DNA from: an uncultured delta proteobacterium
GTDB lineage: Bacteria; Myxococcota; Myxococcia; Myxococcales; Myxococcaceae
Assembly (NCBI GenBank): GCA_963776345.1
Contig: CAVZMH010000017.1
Span: 96,001 to 160,000, forward strand
Length of the DNA: 64,000 bases
Reading direction: 5' to 3'
Shown piece by piece: positions 31,283 to 43,240 of the stretch. The notes under the pieces are model-generated. The model did no database searches. It was not told the DNA's origin and saw only the letters and a program-made list of their open reading frames with translations. Numbering within the stretch: position 1 is the stretch's first letter; every line of letters begins with the position of its first letter. The translations under genes and the position numbers were made by a program.

Positions 31283-33391
31283 ATGAACCCGGTCATCACC
31301 AGCCTGCTCGTCTTCGTCGGGCTCTCCGTCTTCGTCTACGTCGTTTACGGCCGCGCCTCGGTCCTCCTGGCCATGAAGGGGGAGAACCGGCTCGACCGCG
31401 TGAGCGAGCGCACGCGCGCGCTGCTCCGCTTCGGGCTCGGGCAGCGGCGCATGGTGGACCCCGAGGAGCGAACCCCCGGCGTGGCGCACGTCCTCATCTT
31501 CGTGGCCTTCCTGGTGCTGGCGCTGCGCACCGTGATGCTGTTCGCGATGGGGTTCTCGGAGACGCTGCTCGAGGTCCTCTCCACCGGCACCGACCCCTTC
31601 TGGAGCGAGCACCCCGCGGCGGCGGCGCTCTTCGACCTCTACCTCCTGGCCAAGGACCTGGTGGCGCTCGGTGCGCTCGCCGGCGTGAGCTACTTCGTCT
31701 GGCTCCGGGCGAAGGTGAAGCCGGCCCGGCTCACCCGCTCGTGGGAGGCGTACCTCATCCTCGGCTTCATCGCCGGGCTCATGGTCAGCGAGTACGTCTT
31801 CGGCGCCTCGCGCATGGTGCTGCAGGGCGAGGGCACGACGCCGTGGGAGCCGGTCACCTCGGCGGTGGCGATGCTGCTCTCACCGCTGCCGAGGGGCGTG
31901 GTGTGGGCGCTCGGTGGAGCGATGTTCTGGGTCCACCTGACCATCATCCTCTCGTTCCTCAACTTCCTCCCGCTGGGGAAGCACTTCCACGTCATCACCG
32001 GCTTGCCGAACGTGTTCCTCCAGAACCTCGAGGGGAGCAAGGCCCTGCCCACGCCGAACCTCGAGGCCGAGCAGTTCGGCGCGCGCACCGTCCGCGACCT
32101 GACCTGGAAGAACGGGCTCGACCTCTACAGCTGCACCGAGTGCGGCCGCTGCCAGACCCACTGCCCGACGTACATCACCGGGAAGCCGCTCACCCACAAG
32201 GGCGTGAACCAGGACCTCAAGCACTGGATCTGGGACCACCAGGCGCAGGTGGCGAACGACCACCTGGCGCCGGGGACCGACGCCGAGCTGCCGCCGATGA
32301 TCGGCAGCGCGCTGAAGGCGGAGACGGTCTGGGCCTGCACGACGTGTGGCTGGTGTGAGCGCGCCTGCCCGGTGTTCATCGAGAACGTGCCGCGCCTCAT
32401 CGAGATGCGCCGCTACCAGGTGCAGGTGGAGGCGGTCTTCCCCCCCGAGATCCAGCGGGTCTTCGAGGGCATGGAGCGGCAGGGCAACCCCTGGGGCGTG
32501 GGGCAGGACCGGCGCGACGAGTGGGCCGAGGACCTGTCGCTCCCGGTCTGGGACGGGCCGGGCAAGTACGAGTACCTGTTCTTCGTCGGCTGCGCCGGGA
32601 GCTACGACGACCGGCAGAAGAAGGTCAGCCGGGCGCTGGTGCGCATCCTCCGCGAGGCCAAGGTCTCCTTCGCCACGCTGGGGAAGCAGGAGATGTGCAA
32701 CGGGGACTCGGCCCGGCGGCTGGGGAACGAGTACCTGTACCAGACCCTGGCCAAGACCAACGTCGAGGCGTTCAACGGGCTGGGGGTCAAGGCGGTCATC
32801 ACCCAGTGCCCCCACTGCTTCAACACCATCAAGAACGAGTACCCGGGGTTCGGCGGGGACTACCGGGTGATCAGCCACACCGAGCTGATCAGCGAGCTCA
32901 TCCGGGAAAAGCGCATCAAGCTGTCACGGGTGATGGACGCCACGCTGACCTACCACGACCCCTGCTACCTCGGCCGGCACAACGGGGTGTACGACGCCCC
33001 CCGGCAGGCGCTGGCGGCCATCCCCGGGCTCAAGATCGTCGAGATGCAGCGGAGCAAGCGCGAGTCGTTCTGCTGCGGCGCGGGCGGCGGGCGGATGTGG
33101 ATGGAGGAGCACCTCGGGACACGCATCAACCAGAACCGGATGAACGAGGTGGCGCTCACGCTGGCGCACGCCAAGAACCCGGCGATCCCCTTCCCCTCGG
33201 CGACGGACAAGGACCGGCCCGGGAAGGTGGGCGACTACAGCGGTCCTGGCGAGGGAACGGTGGCGGTGGCCTGCCCGTTCTGCAGCACCATGCTCCGCGA
33301 CGCGGCGAACGAGACCGGCCGCGAAGCCATCGTGGTGAAGGACGTGGCCGAGCTGGTCGCCGAGTCGATGGGCCCCGCTCCGGCGAGCTGA
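31283..33391 (+). CDS. Membrane Fe-S oxidoreductase (FadF/HdrD-like, CCG domains)
   Basis: TM N-half; CTECGRCQTHCP, CTTCGWCERACP; CPHC, YHDPCYLGR, CCGAGGG, ACPFC. Confidence 0.93.
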   Translation: MNPVITSLLVFVGLSVFVYVVYGRASVLLAMKGENRLDRVSERTRALLRFGLGQRRMVDPEERTPGVAHVLIFVAFLVLALRTVMLFAMGFSETLLEVLSTGTDPFWSEHPAAAALFDLYLLAKDLVALGALAGVSYFVWLRAKVKPARLTRSWEAYLILGFIAGLMVSEYVFGASRMVLQGEGTTPWEPVTSAVAMLLSPLPRGVVWALGGAMFWVHLTIILSFLNFLPLGKHFHVITGLPNVFLQNLEGSKALPTPNLEAEQFGARTVRDLTWKNGLDLYSCTECGRCQTHCPTYITGKPLTHKGVNQDLKHWIWDHQAQVANDHLAPGTDAELPPMIGSALKAETVWACTTCGWCERACPVFIENVPRLIEMRRYQVQVEAVFPPEIQRVFEGMERQGNPWGVGQDRRDEWAEDLSLPVWDGPGKYEYLFFVGCAGSYDDRQKKVSRALVRILREAKVSFATLGKQEMCNGDSARRLGNEYLYQTLAKTNVEAFNGLGVKAVITQCPHCFNTIKNEYPGFGGDYRVISHTELISELIREKRIKLSRVMDATLTYHDPCYLGRHNGVYDAPRQALAAIPGLKIVEMQRSKRESFCCGAGGGRMWMEEHLGTRINQNRMNEVALTLAHAKNPAIPFPSATDKDRPGKVGDYSGPGEGTVAVACPFCSTMLRDAANETGREAIVVKDVAELVAESMGPAPAS

Positions 33392-33420
33392 GCCCGCGTG
33401 CCAATGTGCTCGAGTTCCGC

Positions 33421-33587
33421 TCCCGCGAAAGGTGTCCCGCGAAAGGTGTCCCCACGAAAGGTGTCAGACACCTCGTTTTGTCCTGTGAATCAGAGGACTT
33501 ACGAGGCGGTCGCGGGGGTGTCGGCGGTTACTTGAGGTGGTAACGAGGTGTTTGGCACCCTTCCGCAGCAGTGTTTGGCACCCTTCC
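33421..33587. repeat. REP/MITE-like element: imperfect 21-bp inverted repeats with tandem end duplications
   Basis: (TCCCGCGAAAGGTG) x3 at 33421-33463; AAAGGTGTCAGACACCTCGTT 33457-33477 vs AACGAGGTGTTTGGCACCCTT 33542-33562; 17-bp duplication at 33571-33587. Confidence 0.8.
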
Positions 33588-33622
33588 CGCCGCGTCGGGC
33601 CGCTCGACCGTCGGAATCAGGC

Positions 33623-34039
33623 TCAGGCCGGAACCGCGGCCGGCTCCTCGGTGAGCTCCTGCATCGTGCGCCAGAACGCGACCCAGCCGTCCGCCCGGCG
33701 CTCGAGCGCCCACAGCTCGACGCCGTGTGCACGCCAGTCACGGCCCCCGCGCGCATAGATCATGTCGAAGGCGATCTCCGCCATCGCGGCCAACGCTCCC
33801 CCTTCCACGCTCCGGCGGTCCTCGCGGTACGAGCGCAGCCGCGTGCTCGAGGTGAACTCGCGGTAGCTGTCCATCAACCGGTCCCGCCCGCACAGCCGCA
33901 TCCCGAACCCGGGGAAGACGAAGGTGATCTCCGGATCGAGCACCGGCGCCATGTCCTCGAGCGGCCCCTGGCGCCAGGCGAGCTGGATGCGATCGAGGAC
34001 GCGCAGCACTGCGACCTCGGTGTCCGATGGAGCGGGCAT
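33623..34039 (-). CDS. NTF2/SnoaL-like (DUF4440-type) protein
   Basis: 138 aa; alpha+beta pattern ending ...WALERRADGWVAFWR. Confidence 0.7.
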   Translation of the reverse strand: MPAPSDTEVAVLRVLDRIQLAWRQGPLEDMAPVLDPEITFVFPGFGMRLCGRDRLMDSYREFTSSTRLRSYREDRRSVEGGALAAMAEIAFDMIYARGGRDWRAHGVELWALERRADGWVAFWRTMQELTEEPAAVPA

Positions 34040-34153
34040 GGAAGGACCCCCGGCGAAGGGGGCGCACCGTAGCAGCGGCGCGGCGCCCGCTTCCAGAGGC
34101 CCGGGGGGCGCGCGGGGAGGACTCGCACCCGGGGAGAAGAAGGCCCGCGCTCC

Positions 34154-35008
34154 TCAGGCCTGCGGCCGCTGCACGAGCCCCCGCTCCAGAGAGGCGAGCC
34201 GGGCCATCGTCTGCGCGTACAGCGTGTCCACCTTGGCGTGGAGCTGCGTCACCTCGAGCCCCGCCTTGATGTTCGCCGCGTATTCCGAGTCGCTCCGGAT
34301 CCGGTCCCCGGCCGCCTGCCGGTTCTGCGCGATGAGCACGAAGCAGCTGAGGAAGATGCTCTCCAGCGACACCGCCATGGTGAGGAATCCGAAGGGGAAC
34401 GGGTCGAACGCCCGCACCCGCGGGAGCATGTTCACGTTCACCACGATCCACACGATGAAGAGCAGCAGGTGGAGCACCAGGAAGGGAATGCTCCCGCTGA
34501 ACTCGGCCAGCCACTCGGCCGTTCGCTGCACCCCTGTCCGGTGCTGCTCCACCTCCTGGTTGGGCGAGACGCTCGACTGCGACTGGAGAAGATGGTCCGC
34601 CTCCCGGAGCCGCCGGCCGATGACCCCGAGCACGTCCAGGGCCGCGTCCGGGTGCTTGCGGAAGAGGGCCTCGAGGGCCGCCCGATCGATCTCCACCGCC
34701 CGGGTCGCCTCGGTCGCCTGGGCATCCGCGGTCCGCTCACGGCCGTCGAGCAGGGAGAGCTCGCCGAAGAAGTCTCCCGGGCCGAGCTGGCCGAGAAGCA
34801 CCCGTCTCCCGGTGGTGGTGTCGACCGAGATCTCCACCGCGCCCTGGGCGATGACGTAGAGCGCCGCGCCCGGATCGCCGCGGCGAAAGATCCGCGACCC
34901 GGCGGGAAAGTCGCACAGGTGCATCGCCGCAGCGAGCGTCGCGCGCTCGGTGGGGTCGAGCGCCTGGAACAGCGGAACTTCGGCGAGCAGCGATTCCTCG
35001 GCAGGCAT
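34154..35008 (-). CDS. cNMP-binding domain plus DUF1003 membrane protein
   Basis: FGELSLLDGRERTADA; FDPFPFGFLTMAVSLESIFLSCFVLIAQNRQ. Confidence 0.92.
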   Translation of the reverse strand: MPAEESLLAEVPLFQALDPTERATLAAAMHLCDFPAGSRIFRRGDPGAALYVIAQGAVEISVDTTTGRRVLLGQLGPGDFFGELSLLDGRERTADAQATEATRAVEIDRAALEALFRKHPDAALDVLGVIGRRLREADHLLQSQSSVSPNQEVEQHRTGVQRTAEWLAEFSGSIPFLVLHLLLFIVWIVVNVNMLPRVRAFDPFPFGFLTMAVSLESIFLSCFVLIAQNRQAAGDRIRSDSEYAANIKAGLEVTQLHAKVDTLYAQTMARLASLERGLVQRPQA

Positions 35009-35052
35009 CGGGCGTCCTCCGACCCCCGTTCTGCCACGGCCCGCCTCCCGGA

Positions 35053-35370
35053 CTAGCGAGGATCCGGCGGCGACCCCGGCGAGGAGGGAGCCGTCACCCG
35101 CCCGGCCGGCATCCGCTGGCCCCGGGCATAGACGTAGGTCGCCGCCAGCGCCGTCAGGATCCCGAGGAACCCCGCCAGATCCACCCCGCTTGCATCGGCA
35201 GCGGCGGCGGCGAGGGGGATCGCCTCGGAGGGCTCGACCTCACCGCCCTCCGGCCTCGCGCTCTGGGCGCGGAGCCGGGCGGCGCGCCGGTCCTCGCGCG
35301 CGGTCCCGGCGAGGGCCGGAAGGGAAAGGAGAGCGAGACAGAGCGCGCAGCGACGGAGCGAGGGAGACAT
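35053..35370 (-). CDS. Hypothetical exported/membrane protein
   Basis: Signal-like N-terminus and one TM segment. Confidence 0.45.
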   Translation of the reverse strand: MSPSLRRCALCLALLSLPALAGTAREDRRAARLRAQSARPEGGEVEPSEAIPLAAAAADASGVDLAGFLGILTALAATYVYARGQRMPAGRVTAPSSPGSPPDPR

Positions 35371-35452
35371 CGACGGGATGCCTTCGATTCTCGCCCACGC
35401 CGGAGCGAGCCGTCACCCGTCCCGCGGCCTCATCGACGTGGGTGAGTGTCGC

Positions 35453-35977
35453 TCAACGTCCGAGCTTCACCAACTCGTTGCGGCAGATGTGGCACAGCGA
35501 CGGCTGCTGGCGGTCCACGTCGGCCAGCGAGGTCGCGGCGAACATCGCGCACCGCGCGTCCTCGCAGTAGCTCAGGCCGACGAGGTGCCCCGCCTGGTGC
35601 AGCCCCTGGATCTGCACCCGGCGCCGGAAGATTGTCTCGTCCGCCCCTTGCCGCAGCCGCGAGACGCTGAGGATCGCCACCCGGGACTCGCGGTCCGCCT
35701 CGCCGAAGACGAACGGGCTGTCGGGGACGAAGAGGTCGACGTCGGTCACGCCGAGCACCGTCCCCTCGCGGTCGAGCAGCGGGACCAGCCGCCGCATGAT
35801 GGCGTTGGAGTGGTACTGGTTCCGGTCCTTGTTGAAGGCGTAGGCCGGGGAGGCGAGGGCGGGCTTCCCGTACCCCACCGTCAGCCCGAGCTGGGTGGTC
35901 AGAGGGGCCTCGAGCTCCCGCAGCAGCGTCAGCGGGGCGTTGCCGATGGCGACCATCTGCAGCACGCGGGGAACCAC
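35453..35977 (-). CDS. Archaemetzincin-like protein, probably non-proteolytic
   Basis: RNQY, DLF, FVFGEA, HQAGHLVGLSYC...CAM, Cys cluster. Confidence 0.85.
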   Translation of the reverse strand: MVPRVLQMVAIGNAPLTLLRELEAPLTTQLGLTVGYGKPALASPAYAFNKDRNQYHSNAIMRRLVPLLDREGTVLGVTDVDLFVPDSPFVFGEADRESRVAILSVSRLRQGADETIFRRRVQIQGLHQAGHLVGLSYCEDARCAMFAATSLADVDRQQPSLCHICRNELVKLGR

Positions 35978-36007
35978 GGAAGGACCCTCCTACGGAAGGC
36001 AGCGAGG

Positions 36008-36078
36008 CTGGGGCGCAAGGATTCGAACCTTGATAGTCAGATCCAAAGTCTGACGTCCTGCCGTTAGACGACGCCCCA
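36008..36078 (-). tRNA. tRNA-Gln (TTG); CCA not encoded
   Basis: TGGGGCG acceptor stem, TCAGA-CTTTGGA-TCTGA anticodon arm, GGTTCGAATCC T-loop. Confidence 0.96.
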
Positions 36079-36156
36079 GTACATTCAACGGCGTGTGGGG
36101 GGAGCATAAGGGCTTCTCTCGCCCGTCCCAACCAAAGCGAGCGGCGGCCCCGTCCG

Positions 36157-39311
<3,155 letters not shown>

Positions 39312-39399
39312 TCACAAGCGGGGCAGGCGGGCTCAACTGATTGACATTTCAGGGGAATCTGGCTCCTGGAAGCCGGGCGGAACCGGTCCCGGATCGGCC

Positions 39400-39852
39400 T
39401 CAGGCGTCGACCCGCGGAGCCCTCTCCGGACGGGCCAGGACCCGGCCCAGATCGGCGAACACGGAGGGGTCGGAGAACAGCGCCCGGGGCAGCTCGCGAC
39501 GGGTTCCGTCGGCGAGGGTGAGCACCCAGCGAGGTGCCCACCGACCGGTCTGTCGCACCGTCTCGATCTGCGGCCAGAACACGCGCTCGATGCGCCCGTC
39601 GAGCGCCCGGGCGAGATCGGCGCCGGCGAGGTCCACGCGCACGCCGTACCCCTCGCGAGGCCGGAGGCGCCAGGCGAGCCACACGAAGGCCCCACCGAGC
39701 GCCAGGCCGGCCACGCCCCGCGCCGAGGCGGTGGCGCTCCCGCGACCGGCCCGGACGAGCCCGGCCATCCCGAACGCCACGCCAACGACGGCGAAGGCGG
39801 CCAGGAGCGCGCGGAGCCGCGTGGGTCGGTAGGGAAAGAACCTGGGCGTCAT
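39400..39852 (-). CDS. Hypothetical two-TM membrane protein
   Basis: ATGA overlap with recF stop; two hydrophobic helices then a soluble domain. Confidence 0.75.
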   Translation of the reverse strand: MTPRFFPYRPTRLRALLAAFAVVGVAFGMAGLVRAGRGSATASARGVAGLALGGAFVWLAWRLRPREGYGVRVDLAGADLARALDGRIERVFWPQIETVRQTGRWAPRWVLTLADGTRRELPRALFSDPSVFADLGRVLARPERAPRVDA

Positions 39853-40979
39853 GCGGTCCGCGCAGGACGGAGCCGAGCATCCTCCGTGACCGCTCCCGAG
39901 TCGACGCGGAGCCAGAGCGAGTCCGGGCCCGAGGCCCGGGCGACGAGGGAGGCGTCGGTGGTGGTGAGCAACACCTGCGCCCGGCTCTCGGCGACGGTGT
40001 GCATGAGAAAGGCGTTGCGCTCCGGGTCGAGCTCGCTCGAGACGTCGTCGAGGAGGAGCAGCGGCGGCCTCCCGAATGCGGCGCGGACGTTCTCGATCTC
40101 GGCGATCTTCCAGCCAAGCACCAGCGCTCGACCCTGTCCCTGCGAGGCGTAGGCCCGCGCGCTCCGTCCTCCGAGCGTGAGCTGTAGGTCGTCGGCGTGT
40201 GGGCCCACGGAGGTGAAGCCCCGCTCGCGATCGCGCCCCAGCCGCTCGCCGAGCGCTTGACGGAGCGCGCCCTCGAGACCGTCCTCGGTCTGCGGATGGT
40301 GCGTCCCGAGGTGGAGCGCGGTGTAGCCGACGGCGACGTCGGGGAGCTGCGAGATGGCCCGCACCGCGGTGACCGCCCGGGGTCCCAGCTCGTCCAGGAG
40401 CGCGCGGCGTCGGACGAGGACCCGGGAACCCGTCCGGGCGAGCGTCTCGTCATAGGCCTCGACGTAGCTCGCCGGCGCATGCTCCTTGAGCAGCCGATTC
40501 CGGCTCTTGAGCGCCCGCTGGTAGGCCCGGTGCTCGCGGAGGTACGCCGGGAACCGGTTGAACACGGCGCGATCGAGGAACGCCCGCCGCACCTCCGGCC
40601 CGCCCTTCACCACCTCGAGGTCATCCGGGGTGAAGGCGACCACGCTCACCCCGCCGAAGTAGTCCTCGAGCCTGGCGGCCCGCTTCCCGTCGACGAAGGA
40701 CTGCCGCAGGCCGGCGGCGACCTGGACCGAGATCTCCCGCTCTGCCCCGCCGAGGGTGAAGCGGCCGGTCACCGTGGCCTGCTCCGTGCCGAAGCGCACC
40801 AGCTCCGAGAGCCGGTTGGCGCGGAGCGGCCGGAGGGTGCAGAGGAAGTAGACCGCCTCGAGCAGGCTGGTCTTGCCCTGGCCGTTGCTGCCCACCACCA
40901 CGGTCGCGTGCGGCGACGGCCGGATGGAGACCGAGCGCAGGTTGCGAAAGTCGGAAGCCTGGAGTTGCTCGAGGAGCAC
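39849..40979 (-). CDS. recF: DNA replication/repair protein RecF
   Basis: FRNL, GSNGQGKTSLLEA, GPHADD, SQGQ, LLLDDVSSELD. Confidence 0.97.
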   Translation of the reverse strand: MLLEQLQASDFRNLRSVSIRPSPHATVVVGSNGQGKTSLLEAVYFLCTLRPLRANRLSELVRFGTEQATVTGRFTLGGAEREISVQVAAGLRQSFVDGKRAARLEDYFGGVSVVAFTPDDLEVVKGGPEVRRAFLDRAVFNRFPAYLREHRAYQRALKSRNRLLKEHAPASYVEAYDETLARTGSRVLVRRRALLDELGPRAVTAVRAISQLPDVAVGYTALHLGTHHPQTEDGLEGALRQALGERLGRDRERGFTSVGPHADDLQLTLGGRSARAYASQGQGRALVLGWKIAEIENVRAAFGRPPLLLLDDVSSELDPERNAFLMHTVAESRAQVLLTTTDASLVARASGPDSLWLRVDSGAVTEDARLRPARTA

Positions 40980-42085
40980 TACACCCGCATCGGCATGACC
41001 ACCGCGGTGTAGCTGCGATCGCCCGGGACGTGCAGGACGCCCGGGCTGTGGTCGTCTCCGAGCTCGAAGGCGACCTCGTCGGTGTCGAGCACGGCGAGCA
41101 CGTCGGTCAGGTAGCGGGCGTTGAAGCCGATGGTGATCTCGCCGCCGTCGTACTGGACCTCGAGGTCGTCCTTGGCCTCGCCCAGGTCCGGGTTCTGCGA
41201 GCTGATGCGCAGCTGGTTGGTGGTGAGGCCGATCTTCACCGCGTTCGACTTGTCCACGCTGAGCAGCGCGATGCGCTTGAGCGCTTCCTGGAAGCGAACG
41301 CGGGGGAGCTTCACCTTGCGCTCGCCTTCCTTGGGGATGACCCGCTGGTACTCGGGGAACTGCCCGTCGATGAGGCGCATCACCATGGTCAGCCCAGGCT
41401 TCTTGAAGAGCGCCGAGTTCTCCGCGAACCCCAGCGCGCACTCGGCGTCGGGCGCCTCGTCGAGCAGCCGGCGGAGCTCGTGAAGGCCCTTGCGCGGGAT
41501 GATGACCCCGCCCTTGAGCTTGAAGTCCCCGGCGAGCTCGCGCTCGATCAGGGCGAGCCGGTGGCCGTCGGTGGCGACCATCCGGACCTTCCCGCCCTCG
41601 CGGGGCTCGAAGAAGACGCCGTTGAGGATGTAGCGGGTCTCGTCGGTGGAGATGGCGAAGGAGGTCTTGCGGATCATCTCCAGCAGCACCGGACCCGGCA
41701 CCGCGACCAGGTGCGCGCTCTCTTCCCTGGGGAGCTTCGGGTACTCCTCGGGAGACATCCCGACGATCTTGAAATGCGCGCTGCCGCTCTGGAGCTCGGC
41801 GTACTGGTTGGGCAGCTTGCGAACGGTGACCTGCGGCTCGGGCAGGTTCTGGACGATGTCGAAGAGGGTCTTGGCCGAGAGGGTGAGGCTGCCGGGCTTG
41901 GTGACCTCGGCGGGGTGCTCGCTGACGATGCCCACGTCGAGATCGAAGGCGGTGATCTGCACGCCCGACTTGGTCGCGTTGACCAGGACGTTGGAGAGGA
42001 TGGGCATGGTGGTCTTCCGCTCCACGATGCCCTGGGCCCGGTACAGCGCTCGCTTCAGCTCCTCCGCAGCGATGCGGAATTCCAT
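40979..42085 (-). CDS. dnaN: DNA polymerase III beta clamp
   Basis: MPILSNV, RYILNG, VATDGHRL, RLIDGQFPEY, IGFNARYL, VMPMR. Confidence 0.98.
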   Translation of the reverse strand: MEFRIAAEELKRALYRAQGIVERKTTMPILSNVLVNATKSGVQITAFDLDVGIVSEHPAEVTKPGSLTLSAKTLFDIVQNLPEPQVTVRKLPNQYAELQSGSAHFKIVGMSPEEYPKLPREESAHLVAVPGPVLLEMIRKTSFAISTDETRYILNGVFFEPREGGKVRMVATDGHRLALIERELAGDFKLKGGVIIPRKGLHELRRLLDEAPDAECALGFAENSALFKKPGLTMVMRLIDGQFPEYQRVIPKEGERKVKLPRVRFQEALKRIALLSVDKSNAVKIGLTTNQLRISSQNPDLGEAKDDLEVQYDGGEITIGFNARYLTDVLAVLDTDEVAFELGDDHSPGVLHVPGDRSYTAVVMPMRV

Positions 42086-42322
42086 GTGCCCATCGTCTCC
42101 CGCGGAGGAGACATCGCCACTCCGCCCGGCGCTCCGTGTAGCCCGCGCATGCGAGGTGCGTCAAACGCGCCGAGGGCTCCGGGAGGAAGCCATGCGTTGG
42201 CCGATCTGGACGCCGCCGAGGTCCAGACGGGCGGGAGACGCCGGTGCAGATCCGCGGAAGGACTCGGGGATATATATGGAGATTGATTTTGCGAGACGTT
42301 CTCAAGTAAGGCGTGGTCCAGC

Positions 42323-42724
42323 ATGGGCTCTCGCCTCGTCCTCGCCTTCACCGTGCTCGGAGCGGTGCTCGTTCTGGCCTGCGCGCACGCCGGCTTCGTG
42401 CCCCAGCCGACCTTGTTGGACGTGGCGCGCATCCAGCCGGTGGACCCGGGGTTGAGCCTCGAGGAGATGCAGGCGGGCCGTGCGGCGTACGTCCAGCGGT
42501 GCAGCAGCTGCCACCCCGTGCATGGGCCCGGCGAGTACCGGGGAGACCAGTGGCCAGGCCTGGTGACACGCATGCAGCGGGAGAAGAAGGTCAAGATCCC
42601 CGAGCACGACCGGGTGCTGCTGGAGCGGTACCTGGTCGCGTTCAGCTCCACGGCGCCCAAGGGGGACGCGGGCGTGATGGGTCCGGGCCTCGGAGCGAGC
42701 TCGGCTCCTTCGGCTTCACGCTGA
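42323..42724 (+). CDS. Small monoheme c-type cytochrome, probable lipoprotein
   Basis: VLAC lipobox-like signal; GRAAYVQRCSSCH; W...RM candidate distal ligand. Confidence 0.8.
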   Translation: MGSRLVLAFTVLGAVLVLACAHAGFVPQPTLLDVARIQPVDPGLSLEEMQAGRAAYVQRCSSCHPVHGPGEYRGDQWPGLVTRMQREKKVKIPEHDRVLLERYLVAFSSTAPKGDAGVMGPGLGASSAPSASR

Positions 42725-42809
42725 TCGCGGCGCGTTGAACGCTCTTCCTAGAAGCAGGTGGGGCGAGCGCGCTGGGGTTCCGTGCACCGGCGTTCGTTGC
42801 GGCACCGGC

Positions 42810-43170
42810 TGTGGCTTCAAGAGAATTGGATCATGGATCTATGGGGTGGTGGAAGCCGGTCCCGCAGACTTGGGGAGAGCGACGCAAGATCGGGCGGGGC
42901 CTCGCGATTCCGATCTTCCCGGCTGTGGAGAAGTGATGTGGTTTTCCACGGCGACACACAACCGTTGCGCGGCGGACGTGGACTCTCCACACCTGGGCCA
43001 CTCCGGCCCCCAGGGCACTCCGGAGATTATCGACACCAGGCTTGAACAGGCTCTCCCCACAAGTTCCGGACAACATGGACAGGCAGGGGAGGTTCTCCAC
43101 TCTCGAGTGACAGGGAGCACACCGGAAACGACCAACATCTCCACATTGTGCAAGACGGTGGAGAACCTCG
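42810..43170. other. Probable oriC DnaA-box cluster
   Basis: Gene-free region downstream of dnaA with DnaA-box-like 9-mers at 42924, 42942, 42983, 43053, 43093, 43137 and 43157, plus AATTGGATCATGGATCTAT at about 42824-42842. Confidence 0.8.
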
Positions 43171-43240
43171 GTGCCGAGCGGTCGGAGCTTCTCGCACGCC
43201 CGCACGGCCCGCCTGAACGACTCGCCGGTCGGCGGACGTC

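Noticed and set aside
33400..36078. Genomic island integrated at tRNA-Gln
   Set aside because: No integrase, and I found no duplicated tRNA 3' end.
39849..42305. 818-aa extended RecF
   Set aside because: The upstream part is an alternative frame of dnaN; RecF begins at GTG 40979.
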